From Anthoceros angustus (Eukaryota; Plantae; Anthocerotophyta): 64,000 nt of DNA. Location of the stretch: the NCBI GenBank assembly GCA_010909165.1, contig MU008155.1, forward strand, positions 434,001 to 498,000. The letters run 5' to 3'. Positions within the stretch are counted from its first letter, which is position 1, and each line of letters opens with the position of its first letter. The translations under genes were made by a program, and so were the position numbers. This document shows, piece after piece, positions 13,401-26,029 of this stretch. The notes beneath the pieces were generated by a model. The model saw only the letters and a program-made list of their open reading frames with translations, was not told the origin of the DNA and did no database searches.

Positions 13401-14480
13401 GGGAGGAGGAGGGCACCTTGCCCCCTCCCCATGGCTCTCAGCCGGGAGGAAGGCGCACCGGCGGGAGGAGGATGCGGAGGCACCTTCCCTCCCCATGGCG
13501 GCAGCGGCGGGCGAGGCAGCGGCGGGAGGAGGAGGAGGGCACCTTCCCTCCCCACAGCGCAGCCCCCCAGCGGGCGGCGGCGGAGGAGGGCACGGTGCCC
13601 TTCCCCGCCAACGCCAGTGAGGCGGCGGGGGCACCTCCCCATGGCGGCGGCGAGGCGGCGGCATGGAAGGGGAGGCGAGGCGAGGGCACCTTCCTCTCCC
13701 ATCACACGGCCTCCGGTTCGCGAGGAGGAGGTTGCCTCCCGGCGGGGCGGTGGCGGAGGCGAGGAGGAAGCCAACGGGTGGAGGGGACGCCGGAGGCGAT
13801 GGCCGCCGGCAGGCCGAGGTGGAGGAGGAGGCGGAGGCGGGCGGCGATGGCGGCCGCCGCCCGAGCCGAGAGGTCGAGCTGCATGGCGGTGGCAGTAATG
13901 TCCGCCGCCATGCCCGAGCCGGAGGTCGCCATGGTGGCGGAGGGGCGATCGCCGCCGAGACCGAGGCCGACGGATGGCCCGCCGATGGCGGAATGAGGCG
14001 GATGCGATGGGGCGACGCCATCCTGCCCGGACAATGAGGCAACCGCTGGGCCGGCGGCGATCGCTGCAGGGGAGTGGGATCGAGCGCCAGCCGCTTGAGG
14101 AAGCCGCCACGGAGGAATAACCGCCCATCGCGGCATCTCGACGCCGAGGAAGCAGCAGATTAGCGGAGGCTCGGGAGGCGGTGGCGGAGGCGGAGGCGGA
14201 GGCGCTGCGCGAGCTCACGCGGAGGCCAGATCCGCACACCGGAGGAGGAGGAGGGGAGCAACGGCACCGAGGCGGCGGAGCGGAGGCGGCTGGGAGAAGG
14301 AGAGTGGCCCGACCCCAACCCGCGGAGGCGAGCACAAGGGGAGGAAGCGCGATTACGAGGAATCGGACGGTCCGGCGGAAGCGCAGCCAAGGCGGGAGGC
14401 GGTGCCTCCGGCCGAATGCCCAACGCGCCTGGAGGCGGCGAGGCGGCGGCGGAGGCGGAGGCGATGGCGGAATGCTCGAC
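10450..14480. repeat. Very GC-rich, G-skewed repeat tract built on the motif GGAGGAGGAGGGCACCT(G/T)CCTCCCCATGGCGGC, with a ~2.15-kb higher-order duplication
   Basis: The motif recurs many times. The block gtggacaaatggagtccatgacg...cgccacgagaactgcaactcccattccgtgaagtgcatgc occurs at ~10457 and ~12610. Confidence 0.85.
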
Positions 14481-15522
14481 GCCGTGGAGGCCATGGAGGG
14501 CACAATTAAGGTTCTCCGCAGATGATCAAGCGCATGGATGACGAGGGAAGTAGGCGCTGCCATCCCTTGTGCTCGAGTTGCATCCAGCGCTTTTGGTTTT
14601 GCATAGGGGCGAGGCATGCGCGAGGAAGGCCGCAGAGGGGAGATAGGGTTTGATGCTACTGCAATTTTGCGATGTGTGCGTGGACATCCTTTTGATGAAT
14701 GGAATGGCACCCTTATCATGTGAGCGGCTCGTTGGAGGGACCGTAAACTTTGTTGGTGAGGTATCGACCGTGAATCGCGACATGTCCTCGAATGCCTTCC
14801 TCGCTGTTTGATCGCCATCATCTGCATTTGACGAAACGCAATGGAGAAGGATGTCCTACTCCCGTAGCGATGGGATCGAGGAGTGGTAGAACAAATTTAA
14901 GCGTGGATTCCCCAAATCCCACCACAGTAGTCTCGCCACATGCACCCGATTTCTTGAGGCAATCAAGGCGGCTTCTATGTTCCAAAGAATATTGAACCCT
15001 CCACACGCCGCCGTGTCCGCGTCTTCGCTGGACAATGGAATCGTGATTTTGTGAGGGAGCCTATCATGCTGGAAACATTGAGAAGGACGATGGTGCTCGC
15101 CACGGTAAGAAGCAAGAGCCTGCTCGAATGAAAACAACATGGTGGTGCCGTGCGCAGACCATCATTGCATTCGCATACCATGGCGCGATCGGTAGGGTTC
15201 GCAACCACACTGGTGTGGTCGGCGCGGGAGGCGTGTTAGGGTTTGCCATCCATGGCGGGCCATGGAAGAAAACTTTATGGCAGAAGGTAGGGTGGAAGGC
15301 TGAAAACAATGTGTCACGGCTCTTTGTTTTGAAAGTTGCAAGGACAAAAACATTTTCAACCCTACACCCTTTTCGAGGAGAGCGTGTGTGTCCCCTTTGG
15401 TGCTTGGCCGCTGTTGGTTAGGGCGCCAAAGCGGCCATGTGACCATGTGCTGTAAAAAAAGATACCGTACTGGAATCAACGGCATATTCCTCAAGATCCC
15501 CACGGTTTGCATGGGTTTCGCG

Positions 15523-15567
15523 AAAAAAAAAATGTCCCATCCCCTCTGTCCCCTTTGGTATGCCATA
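15523..15567 (-). repeat. Terminal inverted repeat (right end of left element)
   Basis: Reverse complement is tatggcataccaaaggggacagaggggatgggacattttttt, versus tatggcataccaaagaggacagaggggacggacatttttttt at 62139. Confidence 0.8.
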
Positions 15568-16009
15568 GTTCCGCGCTAGAATTTAATTTGGAATAACCAG
15601 AGTAAGCTTCGCGCTGAAATTTAAACGGCGAAGCCTTGCGTTAGAATTTGATCTAGAGTAAGCAGAGTATATAAACCCCACATTGGAACTTAATCTAGAG
15701 TAAGCAGAGTAAGCCCTACGGGTTGCGGGCCCAAACGGAAAGACAATATGCATAACCTAGTGGGGGGACCATTCAGAGGTAGCAACGACTACTCCATCTT
15801 TTGTCTCATGACAGCCAAGAGACATTGGACTCATCATGGATCGAGGGCAACGCCTACTCTTCACCCCAAGACCCGGCCGCTTCAAGAAACGATCTTAAAA
15901 GCGACACTTAGGAAAAGCGAGAGGCGCCTGCTTGAAACCCAACGGACTTGCACACACAACTGAAAAGTCCATTTCATCTAGTAACTGAAGCTGTTGTAGC
16001 CGCCCACGT

Positions 16010-16429
16010 TTTGGACTTCGTTGAGATTTCAGCTCTTCTTGCAAACCACGCTTCATACTTGGCTGAGATTGCAACTCTTCTTGCGAACTACGCTACATAC
16101 TTGGCTGAGACTGAAGACGCTTTAGACTTGGTTGATATTGTAGCTCTTCTTGCGAAATGCACTTTCTACTTGGCTAAGAATGAAGACGCTTTAGACTTGG
16201 CTGAGATTGCAGCTCTTCTTGCGCACTGGGCATCATACTTGGCTGAGATCGCAACTCTTCTTGCGCACTACGCTTCAGACGATTCTATGTTTGCAGCTCT
16301 TCTTGCGCACTACGCTTCAGACGATTCTACGTTTGCAGCTATTTTTGCACACTACGCTTCAAACGATTCTATGTTTGCAGCTCTTCTTGTGCATCACACT
16401 ACATACTTGGCTGAGATTGAGAACGATTC

Positions 16430-16430
<1 letters not shown>
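16010..16430 (+). repeat. Degenerate 42-bp-family minisatellite (copy A)
   Basis: Repeated acttggctgagattgcagctcttcttgcg.actacgcttca units; one frame reads LAEIAALLAHYAS. Confidence 0.85.
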
Positions 16431-16486
<56 letters not shown>

Positions 16487-16487
16487 C
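16431..16487 (+). repeat. (AAC)19 microsatellite
   Basis: Perfect aac run of 57 bp. Confidence 0.97.
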
Positions 16488-17794
16488 TTATATTGCGACT
16501 ACAACTTATATTGCGACTATTGGTGGTGGTTCATGCGAAGCGGGTTCTGGTGGTCTTGCAAGTTCGCATAAATGTGCTCCTATTGGGTTAAACAATTTTT
16601 TGGCTGGTGTTGGTTCAAGTAGAGCTGGTTCTGTTGTGCATGCTGGTTTGGATGAAACCGTTGCTCTATTGGCCTTTCAGAAGATTCTGATACCGCCTTA
16701 ATTCATGTCTCTATTGGCTTGGATGCAGTTGATGCTGTTGGTGACAATTCACATGAACGTAGCCGCTTTGGTGTTCTGGCCCATTTTGATCTGAATCTTC
16801 TTGCGAATGGCAAGGTGTTAATACTGCGGCATTAAATTCCGCAAGGGTACCGCCTAATTCTCCCACCGATAACTCTGGTGATATTGTATGTACACCGCGG
16901 TTCGTTTAGAGCAACATCTTGCTGCACCCAAGGATAATTCTGGAGCATGCAGAATTCCATCATATTGCAAAATCCACACTAGTCGACTCCATGACCAGAA
17001 CTGCGCCATGTCCACTTGTGCCACCGTTAGCCCTGGCCAAGCGCGCCTACAAATACTGCCCCATCCCGATCTGTAACAGCCGGTGTCAGTGGAAGAGTCC
17101 AACATCGGTCCCAGAGAGGGATAGATTTTAGTTTCTTTGTTGCATAGGGTTATGAGTTGTTTGCTTCTATTTTGTTTTCAAGAAGTTATGTTCGCCGCCA
17201 TACCAGCGCGCTTTACACACTATTCGGTTTCATCTCTAGGGTCTAGTTTTGTACATAGAGTTTTGAATGTTGAATTAGATACAATGTGTTACTTTAATTT
17301 AGGTTCGATGCATAAGCTTAGACGCTGGCATACCGAAACCTTACCTTGTACTCTTTGGTTATTCCTCAAAATGCAAGTGTACTTTCCCAGAATGGAACCT
17401 TATGGACATTATAATAAAAAACTAAAATGATTTTGAACAGCCACTATGTCATTTCTTGGAGGAAGCTCCAATTTTGCCGGAAGAGGGGTTGTATATTCAA
17501 CCCCTTCATAAATTATGCTGTTGTGCCAAGAATTAATGGAGACTCCAAAGGTGCCTAATTTATTTTAGCTAGCGATTAATTTGTACATCATTATAACAAG
17601 AAGTATCTTACAATGACACTCCTGTTTCCGCTCAAAACCTTTTAAGCAGTGACCACTCCAAATTGTTGGAAAGGTTGACGAGAACTCTTAAAGTCATACA
17701 CCCCTTACAAACAAACGAGCGTATGGAGACACCAATAGTCAAGCCAAAAATCAAAGCTAGCTCTACACTGACAGAAAGACAATCTACACAACCC

Positions 17795-18170
17795 AAAGTG
17801 GGAGACCATGATGATAGCAATGACTACTCCATCTTTTGTCTCATGGTAACCAAGAGATAATGGAATACTCCAAAGCATCAAGGATTGCGGGTGACACCCA
17901 CTCTTCTTGCCTCGAGAGCCGGACCGTTTTTTGAAGAACGGCCTTGAAAGCAGTCACCTAGGAAATCGAAAGAGACCTGTGCTTGAAACCCAACGGACCT
18001 GTACACATCACTCAAAAATTCCTTGCAGCCACTCTAAGTTATGGGGGCTGATGTTCACACGATCCCATAAATCATCCAACGGCCAAGCCAAGAAGGCCTT
18101 ACAATACATGCCTAATAGCGATATCCCTCATAGCTCAAAGTCCATTTCATTTAGAGATTAAAGCTGTTTT
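17795..18170 (+). repeat. Diverged duplicate of 15760-15990 (leader of the 42-bp array module)
   Basis: Shared tagcaa.gactactccatcttttgtctcatg, gcttgaaacccaacggac.tg.acaca and aagtccatttcat.tag. Confidence 0.85.
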
Positions 18171-18184
18171 GGCTGACCACATTT

Positions 18185-20125
18185 CACACTTGGCTGAGAT
18201 TGCAGCTCTTTTTAGGAACTACGCTTCAGACTTGGCTGAGATTGCAGCTCTTTTTAGAAACTACGCTTCAGACTTGGTTGAGATTGCAGCTCTTCTTAGG
18301 AACTACGCTTCAGACTTGGCTGAGATTGCAACTCTTCTTAGGAACTACGCTTCAGACTTGGCTCAGATTGCAGCTCTTCTTACGAACTACGCTTCAGACT
18401 CGGCTCAGATTGCAGCTCTTCTTAGGAACTACGCTTCAAACTTGGCTCAGATTGCAGCTCCTCTTAGGAACTACGCTTCAGACTTGGCTCAGATTGCAGC
18501 TCCTCTTAGAAACTACGCTTCAAACTCGGCTCAGATTTGCAGCTCTTCTTAGGAACTACGCTTCAAACTTGGCTCAGATTGCAGCTCCTCTTAGGAACTA
18601 CGCTTCAGACTTGGCTGAAACTAGTACTGAAGATGCTTCGGACTTGGATGAGACTAGTCAAGACGCCTGACTTGGTTGAGATTGCGGCTCTTCTTGAACT
18701 ACGCTTGGACTTGGATGAGACTAGTCAAGATGCTTGGACTTGAGATTGCAACTCTTCTTAGGAACTACGCTTGGACTTGAGATTGCAACTCTTCTTAGGA
18801 ACTACGCTTGGACTTGGATGAGACTAGTCAAGATGCTTGGACTTGGATGAGACTAGTCAAGATGCTTGGACTTGGATGAGACTAGTCTTGACGCTTGGAC
18901 TTGGATGAGACTAGTCAAGATGCTTGGACTTGAGATTGCAACTCTTCTTAGAACTACGCTTGGACTTGGTTGAGATTGCGGCTCTTCTTAGGAACTACGC
19001 TTGGACTTGGATGAGACTAGTCAAGATGCTTGGACTTGGATGAGACTAGTCAAGATGCTTGGACTTGAGATTGCGGCTCTTCTTGAACTACGCTTGGACT
19101 TGGATGAGACTAGTCAAGACGCCTGACTTGGTTGAGATTGCGCTCTTCTTAGGAACCACGCCTGACTTGGTGAGACTAGTCAAGACACTTGGACTTGGAT
19201 GAGACTAGTCTTGACGCTTGGACTTGGATGAGACTAGTCAAGACGCCTGACTTGGTGAGATTGCAACTCTTCTTAGGAACTACGCTTGGACTTGAGATTG
19301 CGGCTCCTCTTAGAAACCACGCTTGACTACTCATTGCGGCTCTTCTTAGGAACTACGCTTCAAACTTGGCTCGATTGCGGCTCCTCTTAGGAACCACGCC
19401 TGACTTGGCTGGATTGCGACTCCTCTTAGAAACCACGCTCAAACTCGGCTCGGTTTGCTCTTCTTAGGAACTACGCTTCAAACTTGGCTCATTACAGCTC
19501 CTCTTAGGAACTACGCGGACTTGGTGAAACTAGTGCGAAGATGCTTGACTTGGATGAGACTAGATCAAGACGCCTTGACTTGAGACTAGCATCAAGACGC
19601 CTGACTTGGTCGAGACTAGTACCCAAGACGCCAGTGGTTGAGACTAGTAATCAAGACGCCGGACTTTCTTTGAAACTAGTAATCGCCTGGACTTGGTGAA
19701 ACTAGTCTTGAGGCCAAGGACTTGGTGAAACTAATCTTGAAGGCCCCGGACTTGGCTGAAACTAGTCTTGAGGCAGCCGGACTTTGAAACTAATCGAAGA
19801 CGCCCACTTGGTTGAAACTAATCAAGACGCCAGTGGTTGAGACTAGTCAAGACGCCTGACTTGGTGAGACTAATCGAAGATGCTTGGACTTGGTGAGACT
19901 AATCAAGACACTTGGACTTTGAAACTAATCTTGAAGGCGTTTGACCTTATGAAACTAGTACTAAAGACGTTTCAGCCTTGGCTGAGATTATAGCTCTTCT
20001 TAGGAACTACGCCGGACTTTGAAACTAGTCCCAAGACGCCGGACTTGGCTGAAACTAGTCCCAAGACGCCTGACTTGGTGAGACTAGTGCCAAAGACGCT
20101 TTAGACTTGGCTGAGATTGCAGCTG
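18185..20125 (+). repeat. Compound minisatellite: 42-bp unit (gacttggctgagattgcagctcttcttaggaactacgcttca) grading into a ~27-30-bp unit (gacttggatgagactagtcaagatgcttg)
   Basis: Directly visible tandem units. The first ~10 are nearly homogeneous; later ones are degenerate and mixed. Confidence 0.95.
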
Positions 20126-20377
20126 TTAATGGTTCAAGTGGAGTTAGTTCTACTGTGCATTTATTTGTATCTTTTTACATGGATCATTAGAGCTTGAGAG
20201 CGGAGAGCGCTAGCACTTCAGAAGCTAAAGTGTTAGGCGTGAATGTCGAGCTCGGGATGGTTGTAACACGATTGCAAGGAGGAATTTCGAGACTATGCCC
20301 CTCACTGCTGGCTAGTACTATCAAATTTCCTTCTTTGGGAGAACACATAAAACACTTCAAGAATCGCCCTCTTCACG

Positions 20378-20472
20378 CCCTCCCCTCCCCTCTCCTCTCC
20401 TCCCCTCTCCTCTCCTCTCCTCTCCTCTTCTCTCCTCTCCCTGCCCTCTTCTCTCCTCTCCCTGCCCTCTCT
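20378..20472 (+). repeat. (CCTCT)n-like polypyrimidine tract
   Basis: ccctcccctcccctctcctctcctcccctctcctctcctctcc... Confidence 0.9.
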
Positions 20473-21251
20473 GCTTCTTTTCTTGTTTTTGATTGGCACC
20501 AGGGACCTCTTCTCTAGTTACAACAATGAGGTTGCTCTGCTGCAGTTGAGCACAGGCGCACCAAGGGCTAGAGTAAGCCTGTAAGCGATGCGCAACATCC
20601 CCATGTCCCTGCCGCCAAGATGGGGCGGTACATATGCTTGGGGAACGGGAGCATGGGGAAGGGGAGTATGGGGCTCATTCGTTGATTTATTTATATACTT
20701 TTGATTCAGGCACGGTGGAGAGATCATAAACCTGTGCTCATTGGTGGTATAAAGCTCGTAGTGTGGAATTTGGAAAAAAAAAATGTGTGGATGGTTCTCA
20801 TGGTATGGGCTACATGGCAAGGGAGAGGTGTAGAGCGCACCGGAGCGGCGTGTAGGCAACAAGATGTGAGGGCAACGTGTAGGGAAGAGGAGGCCTCCTC
20901 GACTAGTCTATACATATGTGTACATATATATTCTTGCTTGCTTCATGATATTAACTTGGTTTCTTTAGGGCATATATAAAGATAGTCACCCTTTCCGTGG
21001 CCCCATTTTCATGGGTACGTTAGTCATAAAAGATTTCATCTTTTATCCCCCACTTTATAGATACCCTATCCTTTATGTGGCCGCATAAAATGCGCACGGT
21101 AGTCATACCAATAGACGACCCTTGGAAGTTGGAATGCAAAATTGCAAAATACCTCACATTGGGTATATGCTCTTCTACTTCACGATTTTGGATATTCTGA
21201 CCAAAATCTAGATTGACGGTCATTGAAAGCAAGTCACTTCATACTCTCTTG

Positions 21252-21447
21252 CCGAGTGCCTACTGCAGAGCCCTTACACTAAAGCACGATATGTCAATTA
21301 AATACAGCGTTTTCTACGCTCCTCTATGTCAATTGCTGAATGCGCGCATCCCAACTGCCGAGTACCTACTGCAGAGCCCTTGCACTAAAGTACGGTATCG
21401 TCAATTAAATACAGCGTTTTCTACTCTCCTCTATGTCAATGCTGAAT
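21252..21447. repeat. ~105-bp direct duplication
   Basis: gccgagt.cctactgcagagccctt.cactaaag.acg.tat.gtcaattaaatacagcgttttctac.ctcctctatgtcaat occurs twice. Confidence 0.85.
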
Positions 21448-21941
21448 CACTATAGCCTTCCAGGAGGTTATGCAGAGTGATATGAGGTGGCTGGGCACTT
21501 GGATCGTGATAAAAGAACATAGCTCAGGTGTGTCACAGGTGAGCTTGAACGATGAGGCCAAGATTGCAAAACATCACAAATCAACATGCGGATTTCTCCC
21601 ACATCACATCCCACAGACGGAGCCGACTGCCATAGCAGGTGGACGATTCATCAGCAGGGCACTCAGGGTTGCTCAAAATTTACATCTGGTCAGACTTCGA
21701 CTGATACATCTTATTTAGAATTGAGATAGTCCACAGATCCTCGTAGCTGGGAGGGCATCCTGGTTTCCCATTTGCTGTGAGAGACGAGGACGAGAAATCT
21801 GACATATCTATGATCACCTCTCGTCTACCTTCTAACGGTGGACAGACAGTAGGATACCATAAGACCAGATTCTCACGCGGAAGATGCTCGACTACTTCAA
21901 GTGTGCAGAACTCCAGTTCCCACATTCCGCGCTGAGCAGAG

Positions 21942-22951
21942 CTAGGGGTAGGCTTGCGCGACGTGGGTGAGATGCTGGTGCAGCTCGATTGGTGCGGAGA
22001 AGAAGGGGCTGTGATCGGTATCAATGCTGAGAACCTCGGAGGGAGGATTTGACGAGATTAGGGCATCCGCTACCTGGGGGACCACGGCAAGGTCCTGAAC
22101 GAGGCGGATGAATACGCGCGGCACAGACCCGTATCGCTCCGGGGTGTGCTTGATGGCAACTTCTTCAACGGATAAAAACGCGCCAGGCTTGAGCAGGCTC
22201 GTAGCCAGAGCCACAGTCTGTGAAGCATTCCATGACGGAGTCAGAGAGAGCCATGAGCACCATAAGCATTTGGCAGGCGCAAAACAACTTCACCTCTGGT
22301 GGACTCAGTTGGTAGAGCCAACCCCCTGGATTGGCGAAATGTAGTGTTGTGGGAAGGTGGTCGCGTCCTTTGCCGTAGGTAAGATCCAGAGCTCCAGGTT
22401 CAACAGCATCTACGTCTAAGAACTGTGATGCCACAGCACTACGGAGTAAGTTAGATGGGGCCGTGGCAGGCTGGTTCAAGCGAGCCCAGGTCAGAGTGTC
22501 TGATTTGGTTATCTACCTTGGAAACCAATTCCATGTCTTGACTACGGAACATGTATCCGGAGACATAGACAGCGGCGGAAATCTTGTGTGGAAGATGCTC
22601 CAGGATGTAAGTTGCTACCAGTCCGCCGTAGCAGTGAGCAACCAAGATGACCTGTGGTGGGTGAAAAAGGGAAAGAAAGATGAGCCGAAGTGAATTCCAT
22701 GAGTGGTGAAGCATGAGGAGGATGGATTCCATCACCTTCTCCGACTCCGGCAGAGATTCCAGGAACCTGGTAGCATTGCTGGACAGTTGAGCCAGAGTGG
22801 TGATGGATTCAGGGTCGGTAACATCCTTGCCCTGCGCTGGGTTGTCGATGGCAGTCGCCCTGTGGCCGTCCTTCTGCAGCAGAGCGACTATCTTGTACCA
22901 TGTCCAGGCGCCGTGGCCCAGTCCATGGAGTAGAAGGAAATGTTTACCCAT
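21942..22951 (-). CDS. Methylesterase family (MES/SABP2/HNL-like alpha/beta hydrolase), 4 exons; the nucleophile position is Cys
   Basis: MGKHFLLLHGLGHGAWTWYK (HG oxyanion motif), VILVAHCYGG, YGSVPRVFI..QD, DHSPFFSAP. Three GT-AG introns join these blocks in frame. Confidence 0.92.
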
Positions 22952-23188
22952 ACTTGCCGCTGTGTGGGATCTCCTGGAGCTCAGTATGCGGTACTCAGAG
23001 CACTTTGGCGGAGATGGTCCTGTAAACAAGGGCAGCGCAGATAAAATGACCTCGTACTAAAGAGGGCGGAAGTCCTTCGCTTTCTGTTTCCTCCTCCTCA
23101 GGTGCGTCTCGCAATCTGCACCACATAGTATCCGAATATCGACCTGCCTGCCGGGTTTGAGACGGAAGCTGTCGTCTCAGCCACTGGA

Positions 23189-25693
23189 TCATACAGTTGG
23201 CACCAGCATTCTCCCCACCCCCAGGTATTCCGCAGCAAACTCCTGGTCTGACTTGGACAGGACTGTTTGCAGGTCGAAGTCCAACTTGCGCCTCGCAAGC
23301 ACCATAGCTCTCGGTTTGATTCTTTTTTCGAGAGAGAAGCTGAAAAACCTGGGGTAGAAAAATACATCTTCTACAGGTTTGCCCATGGAGTCCACAAGGA
23401 AGTCTAACTTGGGTTTCAAAACAGCCGCAATGGAGTATCCTACAAGTGGAGGAAACCGGTACACCATCTCGGCCACATCTTCCTGGCATAAGCCCCTTTC
23501 CTGAAGGTAGTCCATTCTGCAGGAATGAAACGTCAGTCACACGCATTTCTCGGACTCTGAAGATTTTGCACATATTTCAGTCCAGGCTACAGGCCATTAA
23601 GAAGGACAGGCACATACCGTGGTTTGATTGACATAGTGACACTCATTGACAGCACTTGGGGGTACCACCTTACTACCCTGCCAAGCTGCTCTCTTGGGAC
23701 TCCAAGCTCCAACAGATAATTCAAATTGCGCTGCAGCGTCTTCTCAATGTCTGAAGAGAACACCTCTGGTGTACGAAGGAGAATTTTTTTCACATCGTCG
23801 TCATTTTCCACTCCAGTGTCTCGCAAGAATTGAACAACCTGCTCGGCAGCAGTTCAGGTAGGCCAGTGATGATAAAGCCATGGTCTAAAACAGAGTGACT
23901 TGTGCCAGGACAGAGTCCAGGCGCGGGGCGTCCACTAGCAGAGAATTGAGCAGTCCGAACAACCAAACAAAGACTTGCCTGCTGGAACTCCCGTGGGCCT
24001 CTCAGGAGGAGGTTTGGCGAACTGCCGATTGCTCCTCCCAATCTCCTGCTCTTGGCACCGACCTGATTCATAGCATCAATCATCGGCTGGAAAGTTCGTG
24101 TCGGTGAGCCACCTAAGAGCAGAGGATACTTTGTAATTGCACGGTGCAGCTTGCTCTTGGGTACCTGGATCACAAGCCTGAAGTCAGAGTGGAAGCAGAA
24201 CCCTACAAAGCAACATCTTACACATCGAAAAAGCATGGTTGGCATACCTTCACAGCGTCCAGAAACTCTACAGTCTTGGAAACATTGTCCTCCACACACC
24301 TGCTCAGAAGCCAAGGATATTTTACAATCATGTGGCCTAGATCCCTTGCACGCACACCTACCTGGAGCACCAGGAGACAAACATCAAGGCTAACACTCGA
24401 CACGTTTTCCTAAGGTGTGTGAATCTGCTGGCTTGCGACTTACTGCTCTTAGCTTCTTCATTCGTGGCTTGAGCTCCTCTTCAACATCGTATTGCAGAAA
24501 TGGAGGAAAGCACAAGATGACACGTCCAAAGCTCTGTCTTGGCACACCTACTTCTTCCAAGTAGGAAAGCACAGGCTTCAGCTGCAATTCCAGACTCCGA
24601 AGCAGAATTTGAGGAAAGCCTTCAATAATAAGGGCCACAGCCTTGTCTTTATCACTGAAAGCACGGAGTGCCCCACGCTGAGCTTCCATCTACCAATAGC
24701 TTGAAAACAGGACAAAAACTAGTTAGAAGCCTCAAAGGCTAGCATACATAAGTGTTGCAAACAGCAGAGCGATAACAAGCGGAGCTTGAACCTTTTCAAA
24801 CAGAGAAAGAGTCCTCTGAAGATCATCATCGACATAGAGCGATATTCTCTTCATCATAACTCGAATTTGATCTTCCAGACCGACTTTCCTATCGTCTGCT
24901 GGCGGCACCAGCGCTTCTAAAAACCTCACCTGGAACAGGAGAAGTCAATCAGTTCAGAAACCTAACCACGTCCCGAAGTTGCTGATGCCACAAACAGCAA
25001 GCAGCAAGCAGCAAGACGAGTAGGACACAAGACCACCTTCGCCAACAGCTCTGCCAAGTTCCTTCCAGACAGAAGGTGAGCTATCCTCGGGATCTGAGAA
25101 AGGCGAACACCAACACTCTCCAGGAAAGGGGCCAGCTGCCTTCCAGAGCTCCTGAAAGCAATCTGAAGCAACCGAAATCTGTACACTGCAGGATCGCTAT
25201 CAGAATAACTAGTCGTGGCATCTTCACCTGAACTCAGAATGCCCAGGTCGCTCAACTCCTTGTCGGCATCAATCAGCCTTTGAGCATAGACAGGCGCTTT
25301 GGCAGATACCGAGAGAGCATCCTCTTCGGACAGCCCGCCCTGCATCATGAATTCTGCAACCGCGGCACTAGCCTCGGCCATGGCATCATAACCATCGCTT
25401 TCATGAGATGTGGCCCCAGCAGCATCACCTCCATCATCCTCTTTCATATCGCCCCTCCCTTGTTCAGCATTCTGGGCAAACAGAGGATACAGGACTCTCC
25501 GATTCCACAGCCCAACAAATCCCACACCCCCTGAGCCCCCGGATTCCCATGGCCTAGCAGCATCCTCACCAGGCCTCCACAAAACTGAACACTTCTGCTT
25601 CCTGCCAGACCCGCAGAGGAGTGCCTGCCCACCAGCATGCCAAAGGCAGGTGCGAGGCGGGAACGGTAAGCCCAGCATGGCCGCCACTCGCAT
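23189..25693 (-). CDS. MTERF8: mTERF family protein, plastid-type, most like mTERF8/pTAC15; multi-exon
   Basis: mTERF repeats (FPQILLRSLELQLKPVLSYL, KYPWLLS, FPPLVGYSIAAVLKPKLDFL, YPRFFSFSLEKRIKPR) and a C-terminal SDQEFAAEYLG recalled as similar to pTAC15. Transit-peptide-like N-terminus. Family is secure; the orthology call is from memory. Confidence 0.85.
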
Positions 25694-26029
25694 CGGATTC
25701 CGACCCAGCACACCTGGCTTTACCTAGGAAGAGAGAGCTCGGTGCTGCGTAAAAGCTTATTTTCTATGTCGTTTCTGCGGTCTGGACAGGATGTTGCGAG
25801 AGCTGGACGCGTGGTGCATCCAGCGCATTTGGGTAGCATTGTTGCGAGCATTTCGCAAGCTGGCAACCCAGTTCGAGGGTCGTTGTATTTCCTTCCATCT
25901 CTTGGCTTTGGGGCACTTCCATGCCGGGACACTATGGCCGGGGTTGTGGCTGTGGCTGCTGGATCGAAGACTGCTCTAAGATTGTGCGAACGAGCTCAAT
26001 TCGGGAGGCTGTGAACTCCGGCTTTCAAC

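Larger units (their letters stand above)
1..15567. mobile_element. Large degenerate TIR-bounded element (>15 kb, left end outside the window), superfamily unassigned
   Basis: Nested tandem repeats and frameshifted protein-like remnants, with no recognisable host gene. The right end 15523-15567 is a near-perfect inverted copy of 62139-62180. No intact transposase seen. Confidence 0.55.

Noticed and set aside
10420-14827. Long overlapping ORFs (up to 708 aa) in all six frames
   Set aside because: Low-complexity G/R/P/A translations caused by extreme GC content and repeats; no domain motifs.
18185-20125. CRISPR-like appearance of the short repeat arrays (also 30376-31141 and 61456-61790)
   Set aside because: Units are contiguous with no unique spacers, the context is eukaryotic and there are no cas genes.
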